This document shows positions 55,713 to 64,000 of a stretch of DNA of 64,000 nucleotides, in pieces. Source of the stretch: Fidelibacterota bacterium. Lineage in GTDB: Bacteria; Fidelibacterota; Marinisomatia; Marinisomatales; UBA1611. The DNA is taken from NCBI GenBank assembly GCA_045568995.1, contig JBJKZY010000024.1:26518-90517 (forward strand), given 5' to 3'. The first letter of the stretch is position 1; the number at the start of each line of letters is the position of its first letter. The position numbers and the translations under genes were made by a program. The notes under the pieces were generated by a model. The model had not been told where the DNA came from. It saw nothing but the letters and a program-made list of their open reading frames with translations, and ran no database searches.

Positions 55713-56784
55713 TTCTTTTTTAAAAACTATTTTTCTTTCAATTCTACTCATATTTTTCAGTTGTTTAGGAGAAAATTCATGGGAGGATCTAGAATCAGAA
55801 TATGACCATGTGCTAAATGTATTTGGGCTTGTAAGTTTAGATTCACTTCAGCCAAGTTACATTGGTCTTTACAGCACAACAGATTTAGATGAAATTTCCC
55901 AGATATTTGTAGGTGTAGATACATTGGGCTGGTGTGACTGTGATGATGATGAATGTGGTTTGGATTGTGATACCAAAGAAATTGAGGGGTACTGGATTTT
56001 AGATTCCTTGTTTGAACCGGCTGCTTTGATAAAAAATGCATCGGTTGCGATCACAGATGATAATGGCACTAATTATGATTTTTCTTATGTAGATAACATC
56101 TCCTTGGTAGATACAGTCTACTTTGACACCACATTTGTTATTTACGGAACAACTATTGAGTGGGATACGACAATTTTTGATACAAATAATTTCAGAATAA
56201 ATCTTTATATAGATAGCTCAGGTACTTTTAATCCTGAGCCAATGACTACTTACAATTTAAATATTAATGCACCTGGATATGACCCAGTGACGGGATCTTT
56301 AACAACTCCCAATTCTCCCACTATTGATTCGTTAACTCAACTCGGGAATAATATTGATACAGTAATTATTAATGAACCGTTTAATATTTATTGGGATCTT
56401 TTAGAAGAGGGAAAGGGAATGGTAACCGGCGAAGTTATTTTGGGAAATTGGTGGGATGATTCTTTGGGAAATGATTGGTGTGGAGGATATTTTGATCCTT
56501 TTGTTGTTGATCTTTCTGATAACGGATTAACCCCTCACACTGTTTATCCTTGGATATGTTCAGAAAATTTGAATCAAGGGGATGAAACTAGAGACTACCT
56601 TATACGACTTACTGCTATGGATGAAAACTATTATGATTATTTTGTAGTAGGAGAATCAGGAGAATATTCGAACGCACTACTCAATTACCCTACCACGAAA
56701 GGTAGATCCGTGGGAATTCAAGGAGGGTTTGGTTTTTTTGGCTCTATAGCATCGGACAGAATGTTACTAAAAATAACTAGATAA
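55690..56784 (+). CDS. Lipoprotein, possibly DUF4249-like partner of the upstream TonB-dependent receptor
   Basis: 364 aa with a non-ATG (TTG) start in the track and lipobox IFFSCLG. The position directly after a CarboxypepD_reg-type TBDR is the usual DUF4249 context. The family call is by context only. Confidence 0.35.
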   Translation: MELNLSFNSFLKTIFLSILLIFFSCLGENSWEDLESEYDHVLNVFGLVSLDSLQPSYIGLYSTTDLDEISQIFVGVDTLGWCDCDDDECGLDCDTKEIEGYWILDSLFEPAALIKNASVAITDDNGTNYDFSYVDNISLVDTVYFDTTFVIYGTTIEWDTTIFDTNNFRINLYIDSSGTFNPEPMTTYNLNINAPGYDPVTGSLTTPNSPTIDSLTQLGNNIDTVIINEPFNIYWDLLEEGKGMVTGEVILGNWWDDSLGNDWCGGYFDPFVVDLSDNGLTPHTVYPWICSENLNQGDETRDYLIRLTAMDENYYDYFVVGESGEYSNALLNYPTTKGRSVGIQGGFGFFGSIASDRMLLKITR

Positions 56785-56801
56785 TATCTCTATATTTAAA
56801 T

Positions 56802-57977
56802 ATGTTATTTCGTTTACTAATTATTGTTAATCTTTTATCTTCCTATCTTTTAATGGCAGATTGTTCTGATCTCACTTATGACGAATGTATATATTGGTCA
56901 GGATTCTGTGAGTGGAACGAAGATACTGGATTATGCCAAGATCTTGCTGGAGGTGGTGATGGTGGAGATATTGAATTTGGTCCCTATCAGTTTGATTACT
57001 TAACAGAAGCAGATAGCATTAGAAATAGTGATTTGTATAACGGAACTTTACTTTATTATCCGTTAGATGCTAACCCTCCATATGCGAGTATTGTACTTAT
57101 TGATGCATTTGGTGATGAGTTTGGTTTACAAAGTTGGGCCCAGTATTTTTCTTCTTATGGCTTCATAGCGATGACAATAGGAAATTTTGATAGAACTGTA
57201 CGAGATGGTGATTCTGAATGGGATTATGCAGATAGAGCGTTGGGGTTACTTGATGCCATTGAGACTATAAAGCAGGAAAATGTAAGAGACCTTTCTCCCT
57301 TATTTGAAAAGGTAGATACAAGTCGCTTTGCAGTTTCTGGCTACTCCACTAGTGGAGGCGGTGCTCACACGGCTGTTACGATGGATTCAACTTTAAAAAC
57401 GGCAATTCTTCTAAATCCTGCAGTAGCATTTTTGGATTCTATAAATTGCTCAGCCGAATCAAACTACTATTGTCTTATCGAAGAACATTTGGATCATGAT
57501 GTTCCTGTTTTAATTTTTGCTGGTGAAAATGAATATGATGAACTTGTTAGTCCAGACGATCCAACTTATTCAAATATGTGGGCATTACCTCAATATGAAT
57601 ATGTACCAGAGACAACAGATAAAACATATTTTGAATCTGCTGGTGAAGGGCATGGTTCATCAGTTTTCCCATTTGGTGATGTCGCAGGTTATTCACTAGC
57701 CTGGCTCCGATATTTTTTATTGGATGAGGAATTATATTGCGATTTTCTAGTTGAAGCGCCTCAAAGCACCTCACAGTTTTTCACCACACTGCAATGTACC
57801 AATACCATTTCATATGACATTAATAATGATGGGCAGATTAATAATGAAGATTTAATTACAGCTGTTGTATCTATAGTTAACAATAGCCAAACAGAAAATA
57901 GCTTGGATTTAAACTTTGACTCCTATGTAGATATTTTTGATTTACTTCTACTTTCTGACTATCTACTAGATATGTAG
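56802..57977 (+). CDS. Secreted alpha/beta hydrolase (cutinase/PET-hydrolase/dienelactone-hydrolase-like) with an N-terminal 4-Cys motif and a C-terminal dockerin-like domain
   Basis: The nucleophile-elbow-like VSGYSTSGGGAH resembles the GxSxGGGG of cutinase/PETase-type enzymes. N-terminal CSDLTYDECIYWSGFCEWNEDTGLC. The C-terminus has two EF-hand-like loops, DINNDGQINNED and DLNFDSYVDIFD. Confidence 0.55.
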   Translation: MLFRLLIIVNLLSSYLLMADCSDLTYDECIYWSGFCEWNEDTGLCQDLAGGGDGGDIEFGPYQFDYLTEADSIRNSDLYNGTLLYYPLDANPPYASIVLIDAFGDEFGLQSWAQYFSSYGFIAMTIGNFDRTVRDGDSEWDYADRALGLLDAIETIKQENVRDLSPLFEKVDTSRFAVSGYSTSGGGAHTAVTMDSTLKTAILLNPAVAFLDSINCSAESNYYCLIEEHLDHDVPVLIFAGENEYDELVSPDDPTYSNMWALPQYEYVPETTDKTYFESAGEGHGSSVFPFGDVAGYSLAWLRYFLLDEELYCDFLVEAPQSTSQFFTTLQCTNTISYDINNDGQINNEDLITAVVSIVNNSQTENSLDLNFDSYVDIFDLLLLSDYLLDM

Positions 57978-58023
57978 ATCAGGCTATGAACTGTTATTAT
58001 AAATAATAGTTGGAATGTAAAAT

Positions 58024-58626
58024 TTGACCTTAACAAGTTTTAAAAAACGGTATTTCTTTTTAATAGTAATTCTTTTTGCATCATTCTCCTATAGTAACTC
58101 CTTAAATTCATTTCCTAAAAATATGCCGCTCCATACAAAAATTTTATGGGGCGAGAAGGGAATTTTCAGGAAAGTTAAACTAGCTCCTGAAACAAGGCAA
58201 AAAGAGCTACAACTTAGAATAAAGATGCTTCAATTGCATCAAAAGATAGCTTTAGGAGCTCTAACAGCTTTTTTTTATCAATCTTATTTAGGAAAACAAT
58301 TAGTAGATGGTAATTATCAAAATTATGATCTGCATTCAAAAATGAGTAAAGTGGTTTGGTCAGCATATATGACAAGTGCAGCACTCAGTTATTTTGCGCC
58401 TCCTGGAATGAAATATTCTAAAAAATTAAGTTCTATGAAAATTCATAGGCTTCTTTCTTGGGTTCATTTTACAGGAATGGCATCTATACCTTGGCTAGGA
58501 TATAACATAAGTACAAAAACTAGCCTTGGTGAAAGAGATAATGCCATCAAACTTCATCAAAACGTAGCCTACGCGACTCTTTTCACTATGTCTTTCTCAG
58601 CCTTATTAAGTTTTCTTCCTTATTAA
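58024..58626 (+). CDS. Integral membrane protein, 4-5 TM; possible b-type cytochrome (speculative)
   Basis: 200 aa with a TTG start in the track. His residues sit at helix starts (LHQKIALG, IHRLLSWVHF, LHQNVAYA). Lies directly upstream of a YceI-like gene, echoing the E. coli yceJ-yceI pairing. Confidence 0.35.
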   Translation: MTLTSFKKRYFFLIVILFASFSYSNSLNSFPKNMPLHTKILWGEKGIFRKVKLAPETRQKELQLRIKMLQLHQKIALGALTAFFYQSYLGKQLVDGNYQNYDLHSKMSKVVWSAYMTSAALSYFAPPGMKYSKKLSSMKIHRLLSWVHFTGMASIPWLGYNISTKTSLGERDNAIKLHQNVAYATLFTMSFSALLSFLPY

Positions 58627-58631
58627 ATAAT

Positions 58632-59159
58632 ATGAAAATCCTTTTTTCCGCTACACTTTTTTTTTCTATTTCATTCTCAGCAGACTATAGATTGGAAAAT
58701 AGTAAGATTACTTATTTTGGCGATCATTATCTTCATAAATGGGAAGGATCTACAAGTGATGTAAGTGGTGATGTTTTTTACGATGAGAACAAAAAACAAT
58801 ATAATTGTTCTGTTACGGTGCCTTTAAGTACTTTTTCTAGTGGGAATGATAGTAGGGATTCTAATATGCTCATCTACTGTAAGGCATTTGATTTTCCAAA
58901 TATTATCTTCGAGTCTGCATCAATAAAAGTGAATGAGAATTCCTTAGATATCGAAGGCATTGTTGAATTTGCAGGTAAAAAGAAGAAAATAAAGTCAATT
59001 GCTCAATTAAATAACCTTCAAGGTAATCAATTCTCTGTTGAAGGTGAGTTTGGGATTTTGTTATCAGATTTTGATATCGAACGACCCAGTCTTTTGTTTG
59101 TGAAGATGGAAGATCTTGTAGTAATAAAATATTCAATTCAAGGAGTACAAAATGAATAG
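58632..59159 (+). CDS. YceI-like periplasmic (polyisoprenoid-binding family) protein
   Basis: 175 aa with a signal peptide. ...YRLENSKITYFGDHYLHKWEGST...VTVPLSTFSSGNDSRDSNM...FPNIIFES follows the YceI pattern (S.tGn..RD). Confidence 0.6.
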   Translation: MKILFSATLFFSISFSADYRLENSKITYFGDHYLHKWEGSTSDVSGDVFYDENKKQYNCSVTVPLSTFSSGNDSRDSNMLIYCKAFDFPNIIFESASIKVNENSLDIEGIVEFAGKKKKIKSIAQLNNLQGNQFSVEGEFGILLSDFDIERPSLLFVKMEDLVVIKYSIQGVQNE

Positions 59160-59604
59160 GCGTGATTTTTTAACAACCTCGAGTAAGGCTGCCTGTGCTT
59201 GTGCATTAGGCGCAGGATCGCTTCTTATAAATAGTTGTTCTAACCCAAACGAGTCTTCTACACCTATAGATTCAACTGGTGTAGAATTAGATTTTGACCT
59301 TACAACAGATGAATTTATTCCACTGCAGATTGATGGAGGATCTGTTGCTACAGGAATAAATGATATTGATTCAGCAGGTTTATTATTGCTTCGCTCAGGT
59401 AATAATGTCAAAGCATTTACAAGAAGATGCACCCATCAAGGTGTTCAGTTAAATGCATTCTCCAACGGTGTTTCTGTTTGTGCCTATGGGCATGGAGCGC
59501 AGTTTAATGCAAATGGGCAGCACATATCTGGTCCTGGAGATGGATCCTTAAAATCATACGATACTTTACTTGACGAAAATAACTTGACGGTGTACGGAGG
59601 CTAA
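59152..59604 (+). CDS. Tat-exported Rieske-type [2Fe-2S] domain protein (atypical second motif)
   Basis: Twin-arginine signal MNRRDFLTTSSKAA. CTHQG...(14 aa)...CAYGHGAQF, i.e. CxH...Cx3H rather than the canonical CxH...CxxH. Overlaps the YceI-like gene by 8 nt. Confidence 0.6.
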   Translation: MNRRDFLTTSSKAACACALGAGSLLINSCSNPNESSTPIDSTGVELDFDLTTDEFIPLQIDGGSVATGINDIDSAGLLLLRSGNNVKAFTRRCTHQGVQLNAFSNGVSVCAYGHGAQFNANGQHISGPGDGSLKSYDTLLDENNLTVYGG

Positions 59605-59747
59605 TTTTTCTTTTTCAAGTATTATGTAATAACTCTCCTGACAATTTGCGTGCCTCAGCTTTTTTTTGACGGTTTACCAGCATTCTCTTTTAACACTGAA
59701 AATGAATAGCTGGTTTTATTTAGCCAATTAATTTTATATTTGAATAA

Positions 59748-60848
59748 ATGAGAACACCTTTATTTTTATCTATACTTTTTTATTTTTCATGTAGTAACAG
59801 CTTATTGAATCAATTAAATAAATCAGAAGATTATGAATCCCCGATAAAAGAAGCCATAGAAAAGGTATCGCCAGAGCAACGTTTTGCGATGGAGTGGCTA
59901 ATATCTCATATGCCGAAATCGGACTTGCAAAATCTTTCTTCTGAATATCTAATGGATAATTCAAAATATGCTTTCAAGGCAAAAAAGAACTTTCCCTGGG
60001 CAAAGAGCGTGCCGGATGAAATTTTTCTTAATTATGTATTACCCTATGCTAGCTTAAATGAAAGGAGGGATGGATGGAGAAAAGATTTTTTTTATAAATT
60101 TTCTCCATTAGTAAAAGATGCTAGTTCTGCCTATGAAGCTGCTGTAATCTTGAATAATAATATATTTGAAATGGTTGGAGTAATATATTCAACAAAGCGT
60201 CCAAAAGCAGATCAGTCACCATATGAAAGTATTGAGGCGGGATTAGCCTCCTGCACGGGTCTTAGTTTCTTACTGATTGATGCTTGTAGGAGTGTCGGTA
60301 TACCTGCAAGATTTGTCGGAACTCCAATGTGGCATAATGATTCAGGTAACCATTCATGGGTTGAAATTTGGGATGGAGAATGGCATTTTACCGGTGCAGC
60401 TGAGCCTGTAGAAAACCAACTAAACCAAGCATGGTTTGCTGATTTGGCTAGTAAAGCAAAAACAGGAGATATGAAATATGGAATTTTTGCAGCAACTTGG
60501 AACAAGACTGAATTATACTTCCCCATGGATTGGCTTCCTGGGATAAAAAAATATAATGCCGTAGATGTTACAGATCGATACATGAATCAAGCTAAAATTG
60601 ATTCGGGATTAGTTGCTATAAGTATTCGCGCATTAAATAATTCAGGTGAAAGAGAATCTGTTAACGTAATTATTACGGGCGAAAATAATTATTTTTTTGA
60701 AGGGCAGAGTAAGAATGAAACTTATGATATGAATGATCATTTGACTGTATTTCTTCCAAAAGGAAAAGCATTTACTATAAAAACCAGAGATGATTCTCAA
60801 ATTATAGAAATAGAAAATGAATGTATTATAAGTTTAGCCGTAAAATAA
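59748..60848 (+). CDS. Transglutaminase-like (cysteine protease fold) lipoprotein
   Basis: 366 aa with lipobox YFSCSN. Core GLASCTGLSFLLIDACRSVGIPARFVG...HSWVEIWDGEW (Cys/His of the transglutaminase-like catalytic core). Confidence 0.7.
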   Translation: MRTPLFLSILFYFSCSNSLLNQLNKSEDYESPIKEAIEKVSPEQRFAMEWLISHMPKSDLQNLSSEYLMDNSKYAFKAKKNFPWAKSVPDEIFLNYVLPYASLNERRDGWRKDFFYKFSPLVKDASSAYEAAVILNNNIFEMVGVIYSTKRPKADQSPYESIEAGLASCTGLSFLLIDACRSVGIPARFVGTPMWHNDSGNHSWVEIWDGEWHFTGAAEPVENQLNQAWFADLASKAKTGDMKYGIFAATWNKTELYFPMDWLPGIKKYNAVDVTDRYMNQAKIDSGLVAISIRALNNSGERESVNVIITGENNYFFEGQSKNETYDMNDHLTVFLPKGKAFTIKTRDDSQIIEIENECIISLAVK

Positions 60849-60923
60849 TTTTATAAAGGTGTTTTGACTCAATATTATATGAGTGCAAATTATGTGTACT
60901 AAAATAAATAATTTTAATAAGAC

Positions 60924-61406
60924 ATGAACAGAAATTTAGTAATCATCGCATTAATCCTTTTAGCAGTAGTCACTAGACTTTTACCTCACCCGCCAAACTT
61001 TACTCCCATTGCTGGTATGGCTTTATTTGCCGTAAATAGGTTTTCTGATAAAAAATTAGCTTTTTTGCTGCCTATTGTTTGTATGATTCTTACTGATATT
61101 TTTATTGGATTTTATTCAATAACTCCTTTCGTTTATATATCAATAATTGGCATATCATGCATTGGATATTTTTCCAAAAAGATAAATAATGTCGCAATTT
61201 TGAAAAGTTCTTTGTTGTTTTTTTTCATATCAAATTTTGGTGTCTGGCTTTTAGGTTATCCTAATACAATATCTGGTTTCATAAGTTGCTATACTTTAGC
61301 TCTACCCTTTCTCATAAACACAGTTCTAGGAGATTTTTTCTTTTATCATTCTCTGAACTTTAGTTTTAATAAGATAGAAAAAAGGTACCCAGTTTTAGCT
61401 TCATAA
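60924..61406 (+). CDS. Small integral membrane protein (DUF6580-like?)
   Basis: 160 aa with about 5 TM segments. The N-terminus VVTRLLPHPPNFTPIAGMALFA resembles a conserved Bacteroidota membrane-protein family of unknown function. Confidence 0.45.
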   Translation: MNRNLVIIALILLAVVTRLLPHPPNFTPIAGMALFAVNRFSDKKLAFLLPIVCMILTDIFIGFYSITPFVYISIIGISCIGYFSKKINNVAILKSSLLFFFISNFGVWLLGYPNTISGFISCYTLALPFLINTVLGDFFFYHSLNFSFNKIEKRYPVLAS

Positions 61407-61458
61407 ATTCACTATTATATCATCTTGCACAGATATAATATTATATCCTTGCCAACGG

Positions 61459-61488
61459 TTGACTTTCCTGGGTAAAGTAATTTATAAT
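61459..61488 (+). promoter_or_regulatory. Candidate sigma70-type promoter
   Basis: TTGACT (61459-61464), an 18-nt spacer, then TATAAT (61483-61488). It ends 41 nt upstream of the ATG at 61530. Confidence 0.3.
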
Positions 61489-61529
61489 TTAGCAACTTCT
61501 AGAAGAGTAAGAGCGTGAATATTAGTAGT

Positions 61530-64000
61530 ATGAGAACAACCATATTTTTATTAGCAATAATGTGCTTTGAGATCAATGCACAATCCTTTGGACAGAATAA
61601 AGTCCAGTATAAAGATTTTGATTGGAACTATATCCAAACATCTCATTTTGATATATATTACTATGATGGTGAGCAAAATCTAGCTGAATTTGTTGCAGAC
61701 GTCGCTGAAGAGTCCTACGAACAAATTTCTATCCATTTAAGATGGAATTTAAAAAATCGAGTATCAATAATGGTTTATAATTCTCATAATGAATTTCAGC
61801 AAACAAATGTTGTAAGGCCATACATGCGAGAAGGGGTTGGAGGTGTCACAGAATTATTCAAAAATAGAGTAGTTTTTCCCTTTGAAGGTAATTACGAACA
61901 GTTCCGACATGTGATTCATCATGAGCTTGTGCATGCTGTGATAAATGATATGATTTACGGTGGCAGAATGCAGAATATTATTTCTAGTCGTGCAAAAATT
62001 AGAGTCCCGATTTGGTCAAATGAAGGATTAGCTGAATATCTAAGCTCAAACTGGGATACAAAAGCTGATATGACAATGAGAGATATTGCTGTACATGAGA
62101 GAATGCCTTCCGTAAAAGAATTAAACTACTTTATGGCTTATAAAGGCGGCCAGTCCCTATGGCGTTTTATTACAGGAAAATACGGAAGAGAAAAAATAGC
62201 AGATGTTTTTCGATCAATGAAACGTACCCAAAATGATGAAAAAGGATACGAGAGTGCACTCGGTATGAATTATGACGATTTAACAAAACAATGGCATAAA
62301 TATTTGAAGAAAGAATACTGGCCGGATGTTAAAGATCGAGACCCAATAGAAGATATGTCCGAAAAACTAACAGATCATAAAAAAGCAAATAACTTTTATA
62401 ATGTAAGCCCAGCACTCTCTCCAGACGGTAGTATGGTAGCATTTCTTACGGATCAGAATGGGTACTTTGATATTCATATATCAGATGCTATGACAGGGAA
62501 ACGTATTAAGAAACTTGTGAAAGGTAATCGATCCGTTGATTTTGAAGAATTAAAGTGGCTTCAGCCAGGTTTGTCATGGTCACCCGATAGTAAAAATATT
62601 GTTGTTGCCGCCAAAGCAGGTAAGAGCGATGTCCTTCACTTTATAGATATAGAAACAAAAAAAAGCAAAAAATATGAATTAGGTTTGGATGGTGTTTTTT
62701 CAGCAGCATGGAGTCCTAATGGTAGTGATATTGCATTCGTAGGCCAGGATGGCGAATCAAGTGATATTTATATTTTCAATATGGATAATGAGCAAAAAAG
62801 AAAAATAACGGATGATATTTTTTCAGATTCATACCCTTCATGGAATAAAGAGGGTACTGAAATAGCATTTGTATCCGATAGAGGAAGTTTTATTTCAGGT
62901 GATTTTGACGGGGAAATATATAATCATGACTATGGACAAACAGATATCTACATTGTTAATGCAAATGATAGAGATATAAAAAGAATTACAGAAACAAAAT
63001 ATAATGAATCTCATCCTGTGTGGGCGAATACTGAAGAAGCATTGCTTTACACTGCTGATTATAATGGTGTATGGAATTTATTTCTACACCCGTTAGAAAA
63101 TATTGATTCTCTAAGCAGTATTTCGGATAATATTATTCAATATCCTATTACTAATGTCTTAACCGGCTTACAGCAACCTACTATATCCAGAGATGATAAC
63201 TCTCTTATTTTTGCAGGTTATTCTGGGATAGGTTGGGATTTATATAGTTTGAACCAACCCTTGACGCTAAAAAAGAAAGTTGTAGCGCCAACTCAGTTTC
63301 ATATGAGTGACAAATTAGATCTTGAAGATATTGTAGATCTTAGGCGTCATAAAAGCAACAATCGTGTATACCCAAATGAATCTATATCATACTCAAATTG
63401 GGTTTTTGCTAGAGGATATGAGAACTTTAATGCACCGTTGAAAGGTAGCGAAGCTGATTTTGAAACTATCTCTATGGATTCAACAAATATTGATGGCCAT
63501 TACATTCCTAAATCTTATAAAACTAGATTTACATTGGACCTCGTGAGTGGCAATCTGCAGCTAAGTAATGTTTTTGGAGCTACAGGAATGACATATTTTT
63601 CTTTTAGTGATATCCTGGGGGATCATCAAATTGCCTTTGGAACAGAAATGGTTCTGACTTTAGAAAACAGTGATTACTTTTTCCAATATGGTTATTTAAA
63701 AAACAGGCTAGATTATTATTTTACGGGGTTTCAAAATGCGAATTTTTTTCAGGTAGATTATTGGTCTTTAGTTAGGCTCCGTCATTATGGTTTACAGACA
63801 TCAATTTCTCATCCGTTTAGTCGTTTTCAAAGAATGGATTATGGAATTTCTTGGCATAATATTAATTATACTAGATTAGTCCAAAGCTACAATGAATTTG
63901 GGCAATATGAATATTTCCCAATAGAAGACTCAACTTATTCAACTATTTTACCTTCATTGAGTTGGATTTTCGATAATTCTGTTTATGGTTTCACTGGACC
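61530..64000 (+). CDS. Outer-membrane protein, partial (continues beyond the right edge): HExxH peptidase-like N-domain + TolB-type PD40 beta-propeller repeats + beta-barrel region
   Basis: Missing from the ORF track because it has no stop in the window. My translation from ATG 61530 is open to 64000. Signal peptide. HHELVHAV...SNEGLAEY (HExxH...E). PD40 repeats (SPDGSMVAF, WSPDSKNIVV, WSPNGSDIAFV, EGTEIAFVSDR). The later beta-strand-rich segment is Omp85-like. Confidence 0.55.
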   Translation, partial: MRTTIFLLAIMCFEINAQSFGQNKVQYKDFDWNYIQTSHFDIYYYDGEQNLAEFVADVAEESYEQISIHLRWNLKNRVSIMVYNSHNEFQQTNVVRPYMREGVGGVTELFKNRVVFPFEGNYEQFRHVIHHELVHAVINDMIYGGRMQNIISSRAKIRVPIWSNEGLAEYLSSNWDTKADMTMRDIAVHERMPSVKELNYFMAYKGGQSLWRFITGKYGREKIADVFRSMKRTQNDEKGYESALGMNYDDLTKQWHKYLKKEYWPDVKDRDPIEDMSEKLTDHKKANNFYNVSPALSPDGSMVAFLTDQNGYFDIHISDAMTGKRIKKLVKGNRSVDFEELKWLQPGLSWSPDSKNIVVAAKAGKSDVLHFIDIETKKSKKYELGLDGVFSAAWSPNGSDIAFVGQDGESSDIYIFNMDNEQKRKITDDIFSDSYPSWNKEGTEIAFVSDRGSFISGDFDGEIYNHDYGQTDIYIVNANDRDIKRITETKYNESHPVWANTEEALLYTADYNGVWNLFLHPLENIDSLSSISDNIIQYPITNVLTGLQQPTISRDDNSLIFAGYSGIGWDLYSLNQPLTLKKKVVAPTQFHMSDKLDLEDIVDLRRHKSNNRVYPNESISYSNWVFARGYENFNAPLKGSEADFETISMDSTNIDGHYIPKSYKTRFTLDLVSGNLQLSNVFGATGMTYFSFSDILGDHQIAFGTEMVLTLENSDYFFQYGYLKNRLDYYFTGFQNANFFQVDYWSLVRLRHYGLQTSISHPFSRFQRMDYGISWHNINYTRLVQSYNEFGQYEYFPIEDSTYSTILPSLSWIFDNSVYGFTG

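Noticed and set aside
59133-59432. A 99-aa minus-strand ORF overlapping the Rieske gene.
   Set aside because: The + strand frame has a Tat signal and Rieske-type Cys/His motifs and is translationally coupled to the YceI-like gene. The antisense frame has no features.
1-64000. Looked for CRISPR arrays, tRNA/rRNA genes, transposases, integrases, phage or defence-system genes, and long intergenic repeats.
   Set aside because: I recognised none. The intergenic regions are short, and the only repeats found are intragenic tandem duplications and terminator or operator palindromes. This rests on inspection by eye, so small ncRNAs could have been missed.

Overview
This is an AT-rich window with no rRNA, tRNA, CRISPR array, transposase or integrase that I could see. 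It looks like a marine Gram-negative bacterium of the FCB superphylum that is not a classical Bacteroidota. The lineage guess (Marinimicrobia-, Ignavibacteria- or Calditrichota-like) is inference only. It rests on three things: at least seven proteins end in T9SS type-A-like C-terminal sorting domains (CTDs), the TonB-dependent receptors carry CarboxypepD_reg-like N-termini, and there is no SusD while several genes have AGGA-type ribosome-binding sites.

The core (about 13.0-50.2 kb) is a roughly 37 kb beta-glucan/laminarin utilisation island. It is built as two divergent operons around a LacI-family regulator.
- Minus strand: GH16 with an inserted PA14 domain, an Opp/Dpp-family ABC importer (binding protein, two permeases, and a fused double ATPase that is frameshifted), a GH1 beta-glucosidase, a GH30, a 1135-aa cytoplasmic GH94-clan-like candidate beta-1,3-glucan phosphorylase, and a GH5.
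- Plus strand: a 1180-aa multi-CBM surface protein, a TonB-dependent transporter, a 1156-aa CTD-bearing protein, a PorV-like barrel (frameshifted), a SurA-like lipoprotein, three more GH16s, an M16 peptidase and a GH5-CBM6.

The left flank holds a partial secreted PKD/CapA-like protein, two giant divergent LTD-CotH-CTD proteins and a sodium:solute symporter. The right flank holds:
- a 5x Cys-bounded acidic repeat lipoprotein;
- endonuclease III;
- a second TonB-dependent receptor with a DUF4249-like lipoprotein;
- a dockerin-tagged alpha/beta hydrolase;
- a membrane protein / YceI / Tat-Rieske triad;
- a transglutaminase-like lipoprotein;
- a partial HExxH/PD40/beta-barrel outer-membrane protein.

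The best candidate for a new system is the SusD-less outer-membrane module at 32.4-41.3 kb: TonB-dependent transporter, giant CTD protein, dedicated PorV-like barrel and SurA-like lipoprotein. All functional calls come from motif recognition by eye. No searches were run.
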